Of a stretch of DNA of 64,000 bases, positions 59,561-64,000 are shown in pieces. Every line of letters begins with the position of its first letter. Within the stretch, counting starts at the first letter, position 1. The notes under the pieces are model-generated. The model was not told where the DNA came from. It worked only from the letters and a program-made list of their open reading frames with translations, and did not search any database. This DNA comes from an uncultured Spirochaetota bacterium (GTDB lineage: Bacteria > Spirochaetota > Spirochaetia > SZUA-6 > Fen-1364), in assembly GCA_963781885.1 (NCBI GenBank), contig CAWAHW010000007.1:192001-256000 (forward strand), read 5' to 3'. The position numbers and the translations under genes are program-made.

Positions 59561-59971
59561 ATGATGGAACATGCGCAGATCGTGGCGGAGGGAAGTCTCG
59601 AAGCGGTGACGAGCATCGCCGAGATGATCGCCGCCCGGCTGCCGGTGCGGCTCCTGAAGCCCCCTGCGCCCGGGATGGTCATGGTACGGCACGTCGACCC
59701 GCTGGAGAACACCTTTTTCCTGCTCGGGGAGGCATTCGTCACCGAGTGCGAGGTGGAGGTGGACGGTCTCCTGGGCTACGGCTGCGTCCTGGGCGGCGGG
59801 AACGAGCATGCGCTGTGCGCCGCGCTCGTGGACGCGGTGGTCGGCGGCGGTCATTCCTTTGCCGCCGAGCTGCGGCCGCTGCTCGAGTCCGAGCAGAAGC
59901 GCATCGAAGAGCGCTGGGACAGGGAAAGCAGGGCAGCCGCCTCCACCCGGGTCAATTTCGAGGTCCGCTAG
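59561..59971 (+). CDS. phnG: C-P lyase subunit PhnG
   Basis: P.PGMVM, FLLGEAFVTECEV, ALVDA, AASTRVNF. Confidence 0.9.
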   Translation: MMEHAQIVAEGSLEAVTSIAEMIAARLPVRLLKPPAPGMVMVRHVDPLENTFFLLGEAFVTECEVEVDGLLGYGCVLGGGNEHALCAALVDAVVGGGHSFAAELRPLLESEQKRIEERWDRESRAAASTRVNFEVR

Positions 59972-60589
59972 ATGGGTCCCACGCGCGAGGTGGCCTTCGA
60001 CGAAGTTTTCAGCAGCCAGGCCGTCTTTCGGCGCCTGCTCGACGCGCTCAGCCGTCCGGGCACGATCTTTTCGCTCCCCCCGGTGGCATATACCGGTTCT
60101 CCCCACGGCTTCCCCGTCTCCGCGCTTTCCGTCCTGAAGACTCTCTGCGATCACCGCGTCACGTTTTCCGTGGGCAGGCCGAATGAACGCCGCGCGTGGA
60201 TCTCCTACCTGGAGGTGAATCTCTCGACGCCCTTCCGCCGGCCCGAGGAGGCAGATTTCGTGCTTTTCGACGGCGCAGGGTTCGACGAGGAGTTCGCCTA
60301 CCTGAAGCGGGGGACTCCGGAATTTCCCGAACGTTCGGCAACGGCGCTCCTCTGCGTTGGAGCGCTTGCCGATTTATCCGCTGCCTCGGACGACACCCGC
60401 ACGTTGCACCTGGAAGGGCCCGGCGTGAAAGGCCGTGCGAGCCTATTTGTCGCGGGCCTGGACGGCCGCTACATCGAGGAGCGGGCCCGCGCCAACCGGT
60501 TTGCGCCCATGGGCATCGACTTGATCCTCATCGACCGGGACGCCCGGGTCGCGGGCCTTCCCCGGTCCACGCGCGTGGACGCGGCCTGA
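59972..60589 (+). CDS. phnH: C-P lyase subunit PhnH
   Basis: QAVFRRLLDALSRPG, GTPEFPERSAT, LEGPGV, PMGIDLIL, LPRST. Confidence 0.92.
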   Translation: MGPTREVAFDEVFSSQAVFRRLLDALSRPGTIFSLPPVAYTGSPHGFPVSALSVLKTLCDHRVTFSVGRPNERRAWISYLEVNLSTPFRRPEEADFVLFDGAGFDEEFAYLKRGTPEFPERSATALLCVGALADLSAASDDTRTLHLEGPGVKGRASLFVAGLDGRYIEERARANRFAPMGIDLILIDRDARVAGLPRSTRVDAA

Positions 60590-61680
60590 TGGGGTACGTC
60601 GCGGTCCAGGGTGGCATCACCGCCATCGAGAGCTCGCAGAAACTGAACCGGTACCTGCGCCTGCGCGGCGAAAGCGCGCCCCTGTCCGTGCAGCAGATCA
60701 TGGAGCAGATGGGGCCGCTCGTGGACAGGGTGATGAGCGAAGGCAGCCTCCATTCCCCTTTCCATGCGGCGCTTGCCTTGAAGCAGGCAAGCGGAGACCC
60801 CATCGAGGCGTCGTTTCTCCTCCGCGCGTATCGCTCGACGCTCCGCCGCCTGGTCGACTCGCTGCCGATAAACAGCGGGCAGATGCGGATCCTTCGGCGC
60901 ATCTCCAGCGCCTTCAAGACCATTCCCGGCGGGCAGGTGCTGGGCTCCACGTCGGACTACGAGCAGCGCATCCTCGATTTTTCCCTCGCGGAGGAGACCG
61001 CGGCCACCCAGTGCGAAGCCACGCACGAGTTCGAATCCCTCATCGACGGGATGGAAGAGAGTCTCGATCCCGACCAGTTCCGCAAGGTAGTCGGGATGTT
61101 GCGCGAGCAGGGACTCGTGGCGCCGCTTGCCCCGGCCGGATCGGCGGAGCCCACCGACATCACGCAGGAATCGGCGGAGTTTCCCCTGGACCGCAGCGGC
61201 CGGCTGCAGATGCTCGCCCGCGCGGAAACCGGGGGTCTCCTCGCCCTTGCCTACAGCAGCATGCGCGGCTACGGCAGCGTGCACCCCACGATCGCCGAGC
61301 TGCGCGTCGGGTACGTGCGCGTCCAGATCCCCCATCCCTTCCGCCCGGGCGCAACCGTCACGCTCGGGTCTCTTGAGATCACGGAGGTGGAGATCGTGGC
61401 CTCGGTCCAGCGCTCCGAGCAGGAGGAAAAGCCGGCCTTCAGCCTGGGCTATGGCGCCTGCTTCGGACACAATGAGGTGAAGGCGATTTCGATGGCGGTG
61501 CTGGACCGGGCCATGAAGTCCTCCTCCCCCCACGCCCCGGCGGAGGACCAGGAGTTCGTCCTCCTGCATACCGACGGCATCGAATCGTCGGGGTTCTGCT
61601 CGCACTTCAAGCTCCCCCACTACGTCACTTTCCAGTCGGACCTCGACCGGCTGCGGGACCTCCAGGGGTCCGCGGAATGA
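60589..61680 (+). CDS. phnI: C-P lyase subunit PhnI
   Basis: YVAVQGG, EASFLLRAYRSTL, RRISSAFK.IPGGQ, HFKLPHYVTFQS. Confidence 0.95.
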   Translation: MGYVAVQGGITAIESSQKLNRYLRLRGESAPLSVQQIMEQMGPLVDRVMSEGSLHSPFHAALALKQASGDPIEASFLLRAYRSTLRRLVDSLPINSGQMRILRRISSAFKTIPGGQVLGSTSDYEQRILDFSLAEETAATQCEATHEFESLIDGMEESLDPDQFRKVVGMLREQGLVAPLAPAGSAEPTDITQESAEFPLDRSGRLQMLARAETGGLLALAYSSMRGYGSVHPTIAELRVGYVRVQIPHPFRPGATVTLGSLEITEVEIVASVQRSEQEEKPAFSLGYGACFGHNEVKAISMAVLDRAMKSSSPHAPAEDQEFVLLHTDGIESSGFCSHFKLPHYVTFQSDLDRLRDLQGSAE

Positions 61681-62570
61681 GTCTTCGCGAGCTCCTGCCG
61701 GCGTCCGGGCCGCTTCGCTACAACTTCGCCTTCATGGACGAAGGAGCGAAGCGGGAGGTCCGACGCGCGCTCCTGAAGGCCGTGGCGCTCCCCGGTCACC
61801 AGGTGCCCTTCGCTTCACCCGAGCTTCCCATTGCGCGGGGATGGGGCACGGGCGGGCTCCAGGTGACGATGTCTCTCATCGGACCCAATGACGTGCTGAA
61901 GATCATCGACCAGGGCTGTGACGGGAGCGTGAACGCGGTGAACCTCCGCAAGCTCCTTGTCGCCACCACCGGTGTGCGCACGACCTTCGACTCGCGGGAG
62001 GCCACGCTGCTGCAGTCGCGCCATCGCCTGCCCGAGATCCCGATGAACGAGGGGCAGATCGCGGTGCTGCAGGTGCCGCTGCCCGAGCCCTTGCGCCTGG
62101 TGGAGCCCAGCGAGGTGGAGACGCGCAGGATGCACGCGGAAGGCGACTACGCCCGCATGTGGGTCTCCCTGTACGAGGACGTCGTGCAAAACGGCGCGAT
62201 CTCGCTGGCCGCGGGCTATCCCTGCCGGGTGAATGGCAGCTACATCATGTCCCCGTCCCCCGTGCCGCGATGGGACCTCCCCATGCTCGATCAGGCATCC
62301 CACCTCACGCTGCTGGGCGCGGGACGGGAGAAGCGCGTCTATGCCGTGCCGCCGTACACGAGCGTCCGGCCGCTCGAGTTCGACGATCTCCCTTTCGAAG
62401 TGGAATCATTCGCCGGCCTGTCCTGCGCGCGCTGCGGATCGACCGGCACCTACCTGGACGAGATCTACGACGAGCGCACGGGGGAGCCGTCGCGCGTCTG
62501 CTCGGACTCCGGTTTCTGCGACCTCGTGCGGGCGGGGGTCATTCCCGCGAAGGGCGGCCCGCATGGCTAG
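61677..62570 (+). CDS. phnJ: Radical SAM C-P lyase PhnJ
   Basis: RGWGTGGLQVT, GAGREKR, CARCG...YLDE...CSDSGFC. Confidence 0.96.
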   Translation: MSLRELLPASGPLRYNFAFMDEGAKREVRRALLKAVALPGHQVPFASPELPIARGWGTGGLQVTMSLIGPNDVLKIIDQGCDGSVNAVNLRKLLVATTGVRTTFDSREATLLQSRHRLPEIPMNEGQIAVLQVPLPEPLRLVEPSEVETRRMHAEGDYARMWVSLYEDVVQNGAISLAAGYPCRVNGSYIMSPSPVPRWDLPMLDQASHLTLLGAGREKRVYAVPPYTSVRPLEFDDLPFEVESFAGLSCARCGSTGTYLDEIYDERTGEPSRVCSDSGFCDLVRAGVIPAKGGPHG

Positions 62571-63417
62571 CGCGCCCGTTGCGGACAGGTCCGTGGTCCT
62601 GAGCGCGCGGAACATCGGCAAGCGCTATGGCCTGGGGTGCGACGTCTGCGAAGACTCCACCGGGCCCGATCGCGGCACGAATGTCTGCCCGCGCTGTGGG
62701 TCGGTCATCGCGCTGCGCGGCGTGAGCTTCGACCTTCGCGAGGCCGAGATACTCGGCATCGTCGGTGAAAGCGGCTCGGGCAAGAGCACGCTCGTGCAGT
62801 GCATCTACTTCGACATCGAATCCACGAAAGGGGAGCTGCGCCTGCGCGATCACGACCCGGACGTGGACGTGCTGAAGCTGGCACGGAATCTCAAGCGGCG
62901 CATCCGCGCGCGCCTCATGGGAATGGTCTATCAGAATCCGCTGCGCGGACTTCGCGTGGACATCACGAGCGGCGCCAACGTGGCGGAGAAGCTGCTTGAA
63001 GCCGACGTCTTTCACTTCGCGCGCATCCGCGCGCGGGCGGGAGAGCTCCTGGCAAAGACCGAGATACCAATGGCGTATATGGACGCCCTTCCCCGCACCC
63101 TCTCCGGCGGCATGCAGCAGCGCATCCAGATCGCCAAGGCGCTTGCGAACAACCCACCGCTCGTCCTTCTGGACGAGGTGACGTCCGGCCTGGACGTGAG
63201 CGTGCAGGCGCGCGTGCTGGACCTGATCCGCGAGCTGCAGCACGAGCTGGCCATCTCCCTGATCGTCGTCTCCCATGACATGGGGGTGATCCGGCTGCTC
63301 GCCGACCGCACGATGGTGCTGAAGAACGGCTGCGTCGTGGAGCAGGGGCTCACGGACCAGATCCTCGAGGACCCCCAGCATGCCTACACCCAGCTGCTCG
63401 TGCATTCGACGCTCTAG
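62563..63417 (+). CDS. phnK: C-P lyase ATPase PhnK with an N-terminal Cys-rich insertion
   Basis: CDVC...CPRC; GESGSGKST, YQNP, SGGMQQR, DQILEDPQHAYTQLLV. Confidence 0.93.
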   Translation: MASAPVADRSVVLSARNIGKRYGLGCDVCEDSTGPDRGTNVCPRCGSVIALRGVSFDLREAEILGIVGESGSGKSTLVQCIYFDIESTKGELRLRDHDPDVDVLKLARNLKRRIRARLMGMVYQNPLRGLRVDITSGANVAEKLLEADVFHFARIRARAGELLAKTEIPMAYMDALPRTLSGGMQQRIQIAKALANNPPLVLLDEVTSGLDVSVQARVLDLIRELQHELAISLIVVSHDMGVIRLLADRTMVLKNGCVVEQGLTDQILEDPQHAYTQLLVHSTL

Positions 63418-63429
63418 GAGGACGCGCAG

Positions 63430-64000
63430 ATGATGCGATGCGAGGGGCTTTCCAAGAACTTCATCCTGCACGTGCGCGGGGGGGCGCTCATCGAGGCTTT
63501 CCGGGACGTGAGCTTCACGCTGGAGCCCGGCCAGTTCCTCGGCGTGAGCGGGCCGAGCGGCAGCGGCAAATCGTCGCTCCTGAAATGCCTCTATCGCACC
63601 TACCTGCCCTCCGCGGGCAAGGTCTGGTACACCGATGCCCGCTCCCGCACGCACAACCTGTCCGCCGCAGACGAGCACGTCATCCTCCGTTTGCGGCGAC
63701 AGGAGATCGGCTATATATCCCAGTTCCTTCCCGTCATCCCCCGCGTCTCTGCGCTGGACACCATTGCCAACGGCATGGTCGCGCGCGGTCATGCCCGGCC
63801 GGAGAGCGAGACGCGGGCGCGCGAGCTCCTGGAGCGCCTGGGCATCCCGCAGCGGCTGTGGGCGATGTATCCCTCCACGTTTTCCGGCGGGGAGAAGCAG
63901 CGCATCAACATCATCCACGCCGTCATCGCGCGCCCGCGTCTCCTGCTCCTCGACGAGCCCACCGCGTCCCTGGATGCGGCCTCCGCGCGCGAGGCGGTAT
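63430..64000 (+). CDS. phnL: C-P lyase ATPase PhnL, partial (runs off the window edge)
   Basis: Manual translation LSKNFILH, GPSGSGKSSLLKCLYRTY, SQFL.VIPRVSA, PSTFSGGEKQRINI, LLLDEPTASLD. Confidence 0.93.
   Translation, partial: MMRCEGLSKNFILHVRGGALIEAFRDVSFTLEPGQFLGVSGPSGSGKSSLLKCLYRTYLPSAGKVWYTDARSRTHNLSAADEHVILRLRRQEIGYISQFLPVIPRVSALDTIANGMVARGHARPESETRARELLERLGIPQRLWAMYPSTFSGGEKQRINIIHAVIARPRLLLLDEPTASLDAASAREAV

Overview
High-GC chromosomal window, probably from a Spirochaetia genome (inferred from FapA/DUF342, the STAS-YbjN-PspA operon, Asp-type MurA and an 'FASGAGE'-type PstS leader). The first 41 kb holds housekeeping, envelope and regulatory genes: superoxide reductase, murA, djlA, a PspA operon with two LptF/G-like membrane proteins, a sigma54 signalling locus, fur-feoB-dtxR, rsmE, a ctpA-like protease, lgt, epsilon-type nifSU and a GH51 arabinofuranosidase. 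The region from about 41 kb to 64 kb is a phosphorus island: pstSCAB plus a hybrid kinase, a STAS/CBS-SpoIIE/anti-sigma-kinase partner-switching module, CYTH-ppx-two Tmk-like kinases-CHAD-ParA, two RHH-like proteins plus a Lys-rich collagen-like protein, phnXW and phnGHIJKL. Its operons share an 11-bp-periodic TTAACA-type Pho-box-like motif. Best candidates for undescribed biology: (1) the PPK-less polyphosphate module built around the Tmk-like pair; (2) the Pho-box-wired partner switch, including a hidden STAS mini-ORF; (3) two sigma54 promoters with identical paired ACAA-N6-TTGT enhancers; (4) a candidate sRNA downstream of a LuxR gene. Five genes carry single-base insertions, mostly in short homopolymers, that look like sequencing errors. 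No rRNA, tRNA, CRISPR array or transposase was seen. Domain calls are by motif recognition only; no searches were run.
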